This document shows, piece by piece, positions 39,778 through 52,042 of a stretch of DNA of 64,000 bases. The stretch is from positions 80,260 to 144,259 of the forward strand of contig JAHLTZ010000047.1 of assembly GCA_025786725.1 (NCBI GenBank). The letters run 5' to 3'. Origin of the DNA: Syncephalis fuscata S228 (taxonomy: Eukaryota; Fungi; Zoopagomycota). The notes beneath the pieces are model-generated. The model saw only the letters and a program-made list of their open reading frames with translations, did not search any database and was not told where the DNA came from. A program made the translations under genes and the position numbers. Numbering within the stretch: position 1 is the stretch's first letter; every line of letters starts with the position of its first letter.

Positions 39778-41619
39778 TTAACCTTTCACTGTTCCATAAT
39801 ACGGAATAAAAACAGCACGGTCTGATGGTGGTTTATTGAATCTTGGATTAGGATCGAGTACAATATATCCGGAATATGACCATATCTCATTCTTTTGTAT
39901 ACTCGTGGGCGTACTAATCCGTACCAGAATCTCACCTTTTTGCTTTGGTTGTAGGCTAATAGATCCTGGAAAGGAAACGGCTGCGATTAGAGATTGTTTT
40001 GATAACATATCACTAAGATACGATACTCTTGGAGTCGCTTCAGCTGGAATATGTGAAATTTTATATAAGAGTGCAGTGTCGGAAAAAGATGAAATTTTGA
40101 TCTGTACATTCGCTGTATTGGCATAAGTACCTTCTATATTAATTGAAGATGGTTCAACGTGAATGCGTTCATCATCTATTAGTTTGCTAAGATTAATCAT
40201 GCCAGCACCTTGATGTTGTACAGGAATGTAGGAATCTACATTATTCTCTTTGACTGGAATTGCGTTGTTTTGTAATATAGTTTTGACATATCCAATGTCA
40301 ATCAAACTATTTTGATTGCGTTCAACTATCAGCGCAGTTGCACCGGCAACATATGCAACAGCAGCTGATATATCACTGAAATAAGGCTTGTCTCGTTTGT
40401 CATAAATGGTAGTAGTGTAAATTTTGTGACTTGGCGCTAAAATGTCAGGATAGAAAGGTGATATGAATGGTTGCTTTTGCGGTCCAGCTGTGTCGACAGT
40501 AATGCTACTATTTTCAATGTAGCCATACTTTTCTGCAAAAACATATTTATATGCAAGCTTATTTTCATAGCCTTTTTTAATAAATAAAGCATCTTTTTCA
40601 CTAATTTGAAATAAAGGTATATTACATCTTGTTTTTGCTCTAAAATCATCGCTTATAATGACAAGTGCAGCCATTCCGATCGCTTTAGCACGCTTTCGCA
40701 TGGCCAAAGTTTTTGTTGTTTTATACCAAATAAGTGCAATGTCATCTTTTTTAAAACCATCTAAATGATTTTTTAATTTGCGTGAATACTTGCTAGGAAT
40801 AACATCCACTTCTTTGCCAAAGTTATATTTCATATTTGAACATCTAGACGTAAATTCAATACGACGTCCCGTTGTTTTTTCTTCAAACCAATGCGATAAA
40901 CGATATTCTTGTTTAAAGCCACCAACGCTTAAGACAGGAAGACCTTGATATAAAAAGTAATTTGGATTCATAAAATTATTGGCTGATGCTGCAACAATCA
41001 TAATCACGCCATGTTTTGCAGCATCTTCTATTGTTTCTCTCAGCCGATTGCCATATTCATCTACAATGGCAATTTCCGGCAATACAATGATTTTCATTTG
41101 ATCATCAGTGATTGCAGTTATTAGAGCTTGCAACACCAATAAAGTTGAAGTCGGACCTTTACAGCCAAATACACGATAGGTGCCAAGTGTCGCCTCGGGC
41201 GCAACTCCAGTAAAATAAATGGTTTTTGCAACGGCAATTCCAGCTAGACTCATACCGCGATTGTTGCAATAAGGTATATTTTCGTAGTTTTTTTCATTAT
41301 CTACATATTTATGGTAGTGCTTATGATTCTTTTTAAATACATGAGCTTCGATATTTATTCCGCTATCAATGATTCCAAGCTTTACGCCCCTTCCTTTAAA
41401 GCCCATATCGTGAAGTGTTTTAACGCCGGTGGGTACATAGTAAGGTGTTGCATAAACTGGGTTATTAGTGATTTTGGAGCCAATATAGGGGCGGTTGTAA
41501 TTAGGTTTCGTGTAAAAGTCATCTTTATATGATTTGGTACTGTTTACGGCAAAATGTTGTGTTGAACAAAATAGCAGCAGTATAGAAGCTGCTAACTGCT
41601 GTGTCCGTCTTAATATCAT
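39778..41619 (-). CDS. Secreted subtilisin-like (S8) protein, probably catalytically inactive, intronless, with a PA-like insert and Fn3-like C-terminal domain
   Basis: Signal peptide MILRRTQQLAASILLLFCSTQHFA. TGVKTLHDMGFKGRGVKLGIIDSG (Asp motif), FTGVAPEATLGTYRVFGC, PDILAP, AYVAGATAL, PVQHQGAGMIN, YSGYIVL...IPYYG. His motif reads CNNRGMSLAG. Confidence 0.85.
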   Translation of the reverse strand: MILRRTQQLAASILLLFCSTQHFAVNSTKSYKDDFYTKPNYNRPYIGSKITNNPVYATPYYVPTGVKTLHDMGFKGRGVKLGIIDSGINIEAHVFKKNHKHYHKYVDNEKNYENIPYCNNRGMSLAGIAVAKTIYFTGVAPEATLGTYRVFGCKGPTSTLLVLQALITAITDDQMKIIVLPEIAIVDEYGNRLRETIEDAAKHGVIMIVAASANNFMNPNYFLYQGLPVLSVGGFKQEYRLSHWFEEKTTGRRIEFTSRCSNMKYNFGKEVDVIPSKYSRKLKNHLDGFKKDDIALIWYKTTKTLAMRKRAKAIGMAALVIISDDFRAKTRCNIPLFQISEKDALFIKKGYENKLAYKYVFAEKYGYIENSSITVDTAGPQKQPFISPFYPDILAPSHKIYTTTIYDKRDKPYFSDISAAVAYVAGATALIVERNQNSLIDIGYVKTILQNNAIPVKENNVDSYIPVQHQGAGMINLSKLIDDERIHVEPSSINIEGTYANTANVQIKISSFSDTALLYKISHIPAEATPRVSYLSDMLSKQSLIAAVSFPGSISLQPKQKGEILVRISTPTSIQKNEIWSYSGYIVLDPNPRFNKPPSDRAVFIPYYGTVKG

Positions 41620-42667
41620 CGTACAACTAATTTTTGTATTGAAGAAGATGTATAATTTAATTATATAAAAAGTGCCGATAAAAAGCAAATAAAAACGAGA
41701 CGTATATAAGATAGGAATATTTGAATAAGTACCTGGTAGTTACTTTTAGACTCAAATGATATGGTTCTATAAAAGAATATTGGCATGTTTTAAATACCAT
41801 TTTAGATTGTCAAACAGGAAACTTAGAACGTGTGTTTAAAATAGTACTAATTGTAGAACGATAGCTCTATATCTATATATATTACTAGTAATTTGATTTT
41901 TATTTAAATTAGTGATTTTAATAATTACCATGCAATATTATATCTTCTTGATTAACTACTACAATTGCATATAACTTCTTATGGTGCTAACTGGTCATGA
42001 TATTACACATCAGCATACATAGTTTGACAGCTGTTTTATAGGTTGAATAGCTTAAAACTAAAATATATTTGGCTATACATAAAAATGGCACGCAACAATT
42101 TTTGTGTTTGTTAAATAGATCCAAGCATAATAAAACATAATAATATAGATTAAGCAAATGGTTTCAACAATTTCAAATGCTATTATAATAAAATTAATGC
42201 ATGTTTCAATGTATAAACATAAATAACAATTTTATTCAGTCAATCTCTAACAATATACTAGGCTTATCAAACAAATACAGACTCTATCAAATAAAACAAC
42301 TAAATGTGACTATGTTTATAGAAAGACCGAGTAAATTGATCATTAACAAGTAAAGGATTATCAAAACATTATATAACAGCATTATCAATTAAACAAAATG
42401 TGTAAAAAACATTTAAACTAACAAGATGAATTTATTACTGCAAGTTTGCATATTTAAATAAAAGCATCTGGTTACAAGCTTGTTGGTAGAATCATAATAC
42501 CATTGCTTAAAAGCTAAAAACTAAAGCATTGGCCAGAACTTGATAAATAAATAGACTGAACAGCGTAGTTGTCAAATGGTGCTGCTTTCTATCGAATATA
42601 TTTAAACTGTCCTGGACTAGTGGCCTAATTGCGCTACCAATGCCAATGCCGGAAATAGCGGTTGTTC

Positions 42668-42816
42668 TTACTCGCATCCACCGCAGTTAAGCTCAAGTTT
42701 CCAGCAAAGGTCACATATAGGAGTATGCTTTAGTAGAGTTGGCCTAGCATCTACCATAGATATATTGGCCACAAAACCATGGCGATGGTGCAAACAACGG
42801 CAATAGAAAGCTTCAT
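42668..42816 (-). CDS. Candidate 49-aa secreted cysteine peptide (needs one T restored at 42773-42776)
   Basis: MKLSIAVVCTIAMV(F)VANISMVDA-RPTLLKHTPICDLCWKLELNCGGCE*: signal peptide with a VDA cleavage site and CxxC-x6-CxxC. Confidence 0.6.
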
Positions 42817-44200
42817 GATGATATTGCAATCAATAGGAAAAAACGTAGAATGAACTGCGTGAGTTGTTTGAAATAAAATGGATAAAAACGATGATTAGAC
42901 AGAGAGTAGAGCATGACGATGACAGCTATTTAAAAGGGATTTCTTTCTTTAAAAAATGATGTTAATTGCCATTTTTTGATTAACTAAAATTACGGAAACG
43001 TGCAAAATTCTAAATAAATCGTATTACTATATTTGGTAACAGTGCCCTTGAATTCACTTTTAAAGCAGATCGTCATTGTTTTCGATGTAAATAGCTCTTT
43101 ATTCCATCCTCCCAGTTGTTGATACTTTAGCACACTAGACAAATGGCGTGTTTACTTTCACTACATGGGTAAAATAATATTCTTTGTTTATAGCGCCGTA
43201 AAGTCTATATTTTATTGTGCGCTATGTAGCGTTATAAAGGTGTGGTATGTTTTGGCGTTTGCTGCTTTAGTTTAATATTATCTAGCGTGGATCATGAGCG
43301 CTTTATCGTGCGTTGCTACTTTGTCTTTGGGGGCTACAGCCTTCAACTTAACCCTAATCTGACCGTTTAGTTGCAGTATTCAATGAACAGTACTCGGCCT
43401 ATCCGTAGTCCCAGGGCTATTCTAATCTAAAGGCTTTGTTGCTATCAAAAAAATTAACTTGTAGTCGTTGTCTATCGGTCGTATCGGGCAAATTACGTGC
43501 TTTGGGACCGCGGCTGCTTGTTAGTTTTGCGGATAGACAGCATGGTGTTTATGGAGCTGGCGGTACGTCAGTGGAGTACAGGACGAAGAACTTTATTGGA
43601 TATCACATTTAAACGCGTGTACTGTTGTGTTTGCTATCGGGTAAAACCGTTAGCAAACACAACAATGACTGGTGTTTCTGCGGTGCTTATTGCTCTGTTT
43701 AGCGTGCAGAGTTTTTGACCAGTCGTAAAACTATTACTGAAAGACACCTTGACAAGGTAGTTTGCGATGAGCTGCTTGATGTACGCTTCATCCCACACTA
43801 GTTACATATTTACTAAAGCGGAGGTGTGGGGCAAGCGAGATGTATTGCAATATTGCAATGCAATCCTAGTTGATGACAAATCTTCAATTAGCTATAAGAT
43901 TTGGATGGAACCAAAGGATTCATTGGCTTGGTAGTTATGACGGATGGGACATGGTCCTTGACTATAATGAATATCTACACCACTGGTAGATATTAGGAAC
44001 TCGTATTCCGCGCATTTGGTCATTTAATAGCCATAGTCACGGGGGGAAGCTTCACCACTGTCATTGACTTACCAGCAATGTGTCGTCTTATAGCTATTGA
44101 TAATTGATAAACAGGACCACATACAGTACTTTAATACATCTGTACCAGAACAAATTCACATCCTTTCTAACTGACACCGACCAAAGAGACATCTATTTAA

Positions 44201-44725
44201 TAAATGACTTTTATTCTTTTAATACATTTACTATTATACTGAATATATGTTTTATAATAATGAGTAGTTTTGGTGGTAAAATGACTTTTATTCTTAATGC
44301 ATTTATTCATTTACTATCAATCTGTTCTATGATGTACTGACATGTTGGGTAGATTGACTTTTATTATTTACACTTCATTTATTAATCAATTAAACTCGGC
44401 TGTTTATAAATATTGACTGACAGGCTCACATCTCACAATCTACGTCACTACATTTCTCTTTCTCTTTCTTTACACTTGACAGCATATATCCATTGCATAT
44501 ATTTGTACACTCCATATATACCATCTAAATAATGTCAGTAGTTATTTGACTACTAGTTAGATACACACACCTTCTACACTATGTACTTGCCTTGCCTTTT
44601 GTAATTACCTTCATTGCTTTGATAATTGGTATTGGCAACTTCTTTGACACGGTAAGTGCATTCCTGGCTTGTTTTTATGTTATGTTGCATATATGCTGTG
44701 AAATCTCGTTGTATGCTTTGTCTTT
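44201..44725 (+). repeat. Copy 1 of a roughly 520-bp direct repeat (copy 2 at 50641-51160)
   Basis: Long identical stretch AAATGACTTTTATTCTTAATGCATTT...GGCTCACATCTCACAATCTACGTCA, then a more diverged 3' part to GTTGTATGCTTTG. Confidence 0.9.
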
Positions 44726-45162
44726 ACTGTGACTACCACTGCAGATCGCACTGCTGTATTGGCATTGAATAAATATTCAGCGGCTATACTAGCAGTGCTT
44801 TCAATATTGCCGCTGTTGTATATGCACGACTGCCAGCACGACGAATGTAACGACTATATGCTGCCAAAGCTACTATATACTTTGGATTGCTATAGCTTGC
44901 CACTCTAGATTGTGCTGGCAACAGCATACACAGTGGTCATACTAAAGTGCAATCTACCACTGTTTCCAAAACAATCTGCGGCGGCATTCTATAGTAAAAG
45001 CAGAGCATACAACAGATTTGGCAGCATACAGTCACCGTAATCACCATGTACAGCTGCTATACACATACAGCAGCAATAGCAGCATATCGTACTGCTCGTA
45101 TAGTCGCTGAGCAAGTTTTCAGTGCTGGAACAACAATGCGATCTACTGTTGTTGCTACTGTT

Positions 45163-45305
45163 GTATATGCATACAGAATAATAAATCTACAATAATGAGT
45201 ATTTTGATGGCTGGTGTCATCCACCACCCAGCTCCATCTTTAATAAAACGAATGTCTAGTTCAATTATACCAATGTTATTAAATGTAGTCATTTGGCTCA
45301 CAAAC
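45163..45305 (+). repeat. Dispersed repeat, copy 3
   Basis: TATATGCATACAGAATATAAATCTACAATAATGAGTATTTTGATGG...GTTATTAAATGTAGTCATTTGG matches the other copies. Confidence 0.65.
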
Positions 45306-48192
45306 CATACTGAATGTTTAACAAACTTTTTAATAACAATAGCAGAAATTAATTAGTTAATTAAATCAGTGATACTATTGTTTAAATGAATAGTGTGCTT
45401 AGTATTGAATGTAGTTGTAGTCTAGTTATGTAACATCAATAAATTCAAACCAAATAAATAATATTACTTTAATCGTAAAGCAAATACTAAGCGTAAAATT
45501 AAATAGACAATAGCAATGCTGCCATTAATATAATATCATATTGTGTCAATAAACATTCCATACACTTTGTTAAAATCATTTAGTTCAACATACATAATAT
45601 CCTTCTTTGCTATTACTGATGCTTCATTTATTTAACCAATGCATTCAAAAGCATGCAATAACAGCACCAATCAACACTTGGTGGGGTAAAAAACCAAATG
45701 GATACACATTTCTTTCATTTGGAAAACCGTACCAAGCGATAGCACTAACTACAATATACAATACTGCAGTTGATACTTGTGTAAATAAAGGCAATTATCG
45801 GTATTGTAGTTGCATGCAGAAACAATGGTGCATGATAAAAATATAGCCCAAATGTATCTGCTGACTGGCACCAATGCTTGAATGACTGTAGAAAATGTTT
45901 TAGTATTGCTTAGTAGTAATATAATATCATACATCTAGTCAGCTGCTGTTCATATATGATTCATAGCGTACATGTAGTGTGGTTGTTTGTTGTTTGGATA
46001 GTGTTATTTTAAGTGTTATACAAACTAGATAAAAAACAAGTTGAAAAGTTGTTAAAAGCTGTTAATCGAGACAGCAGCTAATAAAGAGACTATGCGTCCA
46101 CCGGGAGTACTGACAATACTACGACTTGGGCATAAGTACCATTTGCCAGATGCACATAGCTTTTATTAGCCGCCACCAAGATGACGATGCTGTTTATAAA
46201 TGTTATAATATATTATAGCAATCTAAATGCAGCAATAAACATTACAAAACTACTGGTTCACCCAATTGTAGCTGACGTTTAAAGACAAACATCTATGAAT
46301 ACTACAGTAATTACAACTAAACAGCATATTGATATATGCTGATGCACTATTAAGAAATTGCAATATAACAGCTAGTCTACGCCACGCTACAACTAATCGT
46401 AGAATACCATCTATTCCTGCGACACGCCCCGAGGTTGCCCTATTTATTTGGTCCCCAGCGGTGGATTTCAGGTCTCTAGATGATATTGCGACTAACGCTA
46501 TACTGCAATCATTTAACAGCGCCCACAAGTAAACAGTAGTTGATATATGGCACTCATCACAAATGATCCACATATCACACCAATCTAGTGTGCGATGGCA
46601 GTGTTCAGCAAGTTGACTACTGCCACACACCTCCAGCGCGCATTACAAACAAGTGGACACTAACATATAGCCACCCATCACAGGTCACCGCATCAACATG
46701 AGGGGGCGTACAGCAATACTGACTTGCTAAACACTGCTACTGCACGCTCTAGCATCCCACATGTCTCCGCACTACACTAGTATACAGTCGCCTATTACAG
46801 GCAACCATATAATTATTGAGCCAGTACAATACAATAGTCTGCAATATCATATTACACATTCAATACAGTACACAAGTAAGAACACAGTATTTCATGGCAA
46901 CCAACAGGGGGACCACACGCCACTGGATGTAGCTACTAGACTTGATGCTCTCCATCAACAAACGGTTTACAGCACATAACAACTGGAAACAGAAGAAGGC
47001 GAGATAATGAGCAAAAGTGTTCCATGCGCGTCCTTATAAACCTGGTCTAAACATCTACCAATTGGAATGGACAATATAGGCAAGAAAGCATGTGGTGCTG
47101 TCTATTGGCGTATTGCACCCGTTGAGCTATTCTAGTACACAGTGCTATCTGTAACACGTCATTCATCCCACTTGACTTGTATTGCCATATATAATTGCTA
47201 GAATGGTAAACTGCTCATTTATTAAAGATGTGTAAATAAAATAGTTTATACTATAGATACATTGCTGGTATAGCACTTTGTTAGCTAATTAAAAGCATCA
47301 GCTCATATGTTGTGGTGAAACTGATGCGTGTAATTAACGGCCAGTATAAAGAACTGGGGAAATACAGGTAAACGTGATACAATGGTAATTGTATTTATCC
47401 TCTTATCAGTATATCAATTACATTCCTGCCTGCCTCTGCTTACATCCACCTTCCATTCTATGTCAGTCATGTTCTGCGCAAACTGCCACGTCATTTGCAA
47501 CAATTAGTTCCTTTGAATTGCCTAATGCGATCTAATCAAACGTGCTATTTTATTCACGTCGTGTTACTATACTAGCAGTATCTTTAGATGTTAGCAAATG
47601 GCCCACTTTTTCAAAATGCACCCGCCATTTCGCACACAATCAAATTGGTCGATCCACACAATATTTATTACTTTTATTAGTTAAACAAAGTGGCTTTTCC
47701 TTTAAAAATATGGTATATCACATAATCTGCCGATTGAGTTTCAATATTGTCAAATGGAAATAAAATGCAATATGATTATAATATATTGCAAAAAGTATGC
47801 TAGAATTAATTGGCTGAAAAGAAGAATATACGCGTAATCTTATTGACTGCAAGGATCAATATGCAAACCAGAATGATGTAGCCATGTATGTTGGCCAAAT
47901 AGTCATACAAGTTGTCGATAAACGCGATAGTTTGCTTTACAGCTTACAAACACAGCAATATATTAGTAACTGAATATGCTACAAGTGCTACGTTAAATAT
48001 CTGCAAAATAAAACACTATTATTGTACTATTGTCTTGAATGCTCATCATATCTTAATACTGTACGTGTATTTAAACTCATGGAAAGCGTGACGAACATGT
48101 TTTACTTTACTTTTTGTTATCATTTTCTTTTAACGTTCATTTTCAATTGAAGTCTACTCGTTTTAACATCTGTATCCAATATTGCTAACACC

Positions 48193-50480
48193 ATGAGTTC
48201 TCAAGATAACAATCAAACCTCCACTTTTGCTTCTACATCCGCTGCCCTTACTCCGGCTGCAGTTGCCGCAGAACTGCCACCAAATCTTCTATGTGATGAG
48301 GATTTGATGTATTATAATGTTCCTGACTGTTGGAACGATTTGCCGAGAGAAGAACGCGTCGGCATTGTCGCATGGGCTGAAGTCTGTGAAGCAACATCCA
48401 GCAGTATGTTAAATAGCATTATAAATATATACAGCTAAATATTATTTAGACATAGTGCTGTTAAAAACTCGACCTTATTACTTTGGAACAGATGAATCCG
48501 GTAGCTATTTAAATGTATTTATAAAGTAATAAATAACATTATACCATATTCCACAGCAGCTATCGTTTGGTAGCAGACTCCATGCCTAAATATTGCTTTA
48601 ATTTTTTAGTAGTAAGTACATTATACGCTTTTATAAACTAGCATTAACTATGAATTAACAAAGAACAATGATATCGTTACATGCATGGTAAGAAAATAAT
48701 TATTTAACATTTTATTACTAACCAGTAATTTAGAATATTAGATTGCCTAATTTAATAGGTTAGTTTATATAAATAATATTAGTTAAGTTGCTAACACTTG
48801 CTTTAGTTAATGGTACTGAATTGCGTGCTCTTGAGTCAAAAAACTTTACCGGAGATTGTATCATTAAATGCCAGAAGAGAAAGTAAGTGACAAATTATTT
48901 TTATTAACATTTCTAACCTTGCATAACAGTAACAGTTAGCATCCGTGTTATTAAAGTTTAACACCCGTCCAAGTAGAAGATAGCTTGGAATACGAAGAGG
49001 TAAGTCTATAAGCATATTTGAATATTACTGATATACCATTGTTATTAATACTATAGAAAATCAACGCGCGGTTTATGATTACCGATAAGTCTATTGGAAA
49101 GTAAGTAATTAAACTAAACAAACTAATTAACTAATCGATTATTTGCAATAGAGGTGCACTCGGCAAAGTTTATTTAGGATTTGACCGCAGCACAGGTCGG
49201 CGTGCTGCATCAAAATCTCAAAAAAAGAGCGTGGCATCGACGCCTTCAATCACGAAGTCTCCGTATTACGCAGAGTGGGCAACCACTCTAACGTAATAAA
49301 ATTGCTTGATGACAAAATCACCGCTTTGAACACGTACTTATTTCTTGAGTACGCGGCAGGCGGTGATCTCATCGATTACATCATCTCTAAATCCGCGCTT
49401 CCAGAGATGGAAGCAAAACATATCTTCAAACAACTGCTTGAAGGCATCGAGGTAAGTATTATTATAAAACATTAATCAAGCACTAAACTTTATTAGTATC
49501 TTCACAGCAAAGATGTTGTACATTACGGTAAGCACACTGATCTATTAATTAATACAATTACTAACTGTACACTGTTGTTACTGCGATCACTACTATTTAG
49601 ATATCAAGGTAAGTAGTTTATTTAATATTTAACATCATTACTGACAGGTAAGCAGCCCGACAACGTGCTGTTGTTAGATGGACAGGAATGTCCCAGAGTC
49701 GTATTTGCAGACTTTGGGATGGCACGCCCCCTCCTCTCCTCGCCCACTGTGACCGCTGCTTATGGCACAGTGTCCTATATGGCACCCGAAGTGCTATTGG
49801 GATCTGATGAGCGGGAGAAGATGTTTGCTATTATAATAGCACACCAGGGGCTGCAAGTCGGCTACCTTCGGCATTATTGGATGCCAAGGGATACGGAAAG
49901 CCCGCCGACATATGGAGCTTGGGAGCCACACTCCACACAATGTTGCTAGGTAAGTGCAAACAGAAACAACCATATTATACTAAACTATCATATACTATCA
50001 ATCAGGAAATTGGCCATATGGATCTACAAATAACCAATCTGTGTATATGAGAACTATACTACAACATTCGCCGACATTTGGTCAGGAAAAAGCCAACGGG
50101 CCAAGCAAACAAGGTAAGTTAATATATTTTATTAACAACAACTAATACATTGCAGCCGTTCAATTGATGAAGCGGTTACTAGACCTTGACAGTGGCACAC
50201 GGTATACAGCCAAGCAGGCACTAGACAGCTCTTGGTTTGATGACGGGAAAGAACAAATAGATGCAGCTATACCGTTTGACGCTACTTCTCCGAGCCAAGA
50301 AGAACCAGCGGTGTCAACAACACCAATAACACAACAGTAACACCAACTACACCGCCTGCACCTGCCGCAGCAATAATACAAGCGCCAGCAAAGAAGAAGC
50401 AGCGTCAGTCGGCGCTCAAGCTTCCGCTACGAGTGCAGCCACATCGTCAGGCCCGTCTTGGCAAAAAGTATTATAAATAA
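48193..50480 (+). CDS. Divergent FHA-like plus Ser/Thr kinase (Chk2/Dun1/Mek1-like architecture), many short exons, several 1-nt frameshifts
   Basis: IGKGALGKVY, A(A)IKI, FNHEVSVL, LFLEYAAGGDL, YLHSKDVVHYDIKPDNVLL (includes 8-nt exon 49601-49608), FADFGMA, YGTVSYMAPEV, GYGKPADIWSLG, RYTAKQALDSSWF. The N-terminal part has PYYFGT and IVNGTEL. Confidence 0.8.
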
Positions 50481-50640
50481 ACGGTAAGAATTTACTAACA
50501 ATCATACAAATTATAATATTGACGTGTATTTAGTTGTTCTATATCTTTTACCATTACTTGCATATATATATAAATAAACATTGTTCCATAGTCTATAATG
50601 CGATGAGAATTGATATGTTTTGTAATAATGATTTTGGTGT

Positions 50641-51160
50641 TAAATGACTTTTATTTTTTAATACATTACTATTATACTGAATATATGTTCTATAATAATG
50701 AGTAGTTTTGGTATAAATGACTTTTATTCTTAATGCATTTATTCATTTACTATCAATCTGTTCTATGATGTACTGACATGTTGGGTAGATTGACTTTTAT
50801 TATTTACACTTCATTTATTAATCAATTAAACTCGGCTGTTTATAAATATTGACTGACAGGCTCACATCTCACAATCTACGTCATCACATTTCCTTTCTCT
50901 TTCTTCACACTTAACAGCATATATCCATTGCATATACTTGTACACTCCATATATGCTAACTAGATAGTACCAGTACTTGACTGGCTACTAGTCAAGTACA
51001 AACACCTTCTACACTATGTCTTTGCCTTGCTCTTTTGTAATTACCTTCATTACTTTGATAATTGGTATTGGCAGCTTCTTTGACACGGTAAGTGCATTCC
51101 TGGCTTGTTTTTGTGTTGTTTTGAATATATACTGTGAAGTCTAGTTGTATGCTTTGCTTT
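50641..51160 (+). repeat. Copy 2 of the roughly 520-bp direct repeat
   Basis: Aligns by eye to 44201-44725. Confidence 0.9.
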
Positions 51161-52042
51161 GCAATCTCAATAATAGCAACATGCTCTGTTACTGCCGAGA
51201 CAATATAGGCTACGGTCAGAGCAATATACAGTGGCAATCTATATTAAAGGCAAAGTATACAATGGATTTAGCAGCATATAGTTGCCAAAGTAGTCGCGTA
51301 CTGCCGTTAGAAGATAGCCGTATTGTGTATATGCGTAGTTACTTCTCCGTTGATTGTCTTTCTCTTCAATCGCCTGAACAATCTCACTCATCAGTATTTC
51401 TTTCTAAGCACCAGTATTTGTACGATACTATGCTGGAGTTTCATTTTGCACTGTTTTCTGGCCCAATACTGTGACTGGCACCAGTGTTTGTTATGGATTA
51501 TTGTAGAGCATTTGTTTTGCAATATATCCTAATAATCTCACTCAAAATATGTCATTTTTAATTTATAAATCAAATATTGCTATATTTATTCAATTAAGCA
51601 TGCTATCAACAAACATATATAAAATCATACAAATTATTGCGTATTTTAGTGTATATTCCAAAATGTCTTTTGTATACTTATTATTGAATCAATAATCATT
51701 CATTAAATTGCTTGGTAATAACACTGACAACCAGCACCACTTTGTTGTTTTGCACGATTAAAACTATCAAATAGTAAACTTTATTTTCTGCTTCAAACTA
51801 TCTGCATTTTGCTCAACTACTACTCTTGTAACTGTTATGTTGTATAGATTTAAAGATATTGTATTGCTGCTTGTGTTCATGATATTATGCTATGATTCAA
51901 ATTATAAATATTTTTAAAAGGAATGCCTGCATTTATCATCAATAGTGTTTGTTATGTATATTTTATTATTAAAGTTAATCTTTAAATCGCTTCATATATT
52001 TTTATGTTTATCCTGCTCCTTGCTTATACTATGCCGATTTGC

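Noticed and set aside
43200-44100. Relatively GC-richer stretch that may be a decayed gene or transposon
   Set aside because: All frames are interrupted and I could not recognise a domain motif; needs tBLASTx.
45600-47800. Short ORFs as retroelement gag/pol between the direct repeats
   Set aside because: No RT (YxDD), integrase, protease or zinc-knuckle motifs visible.
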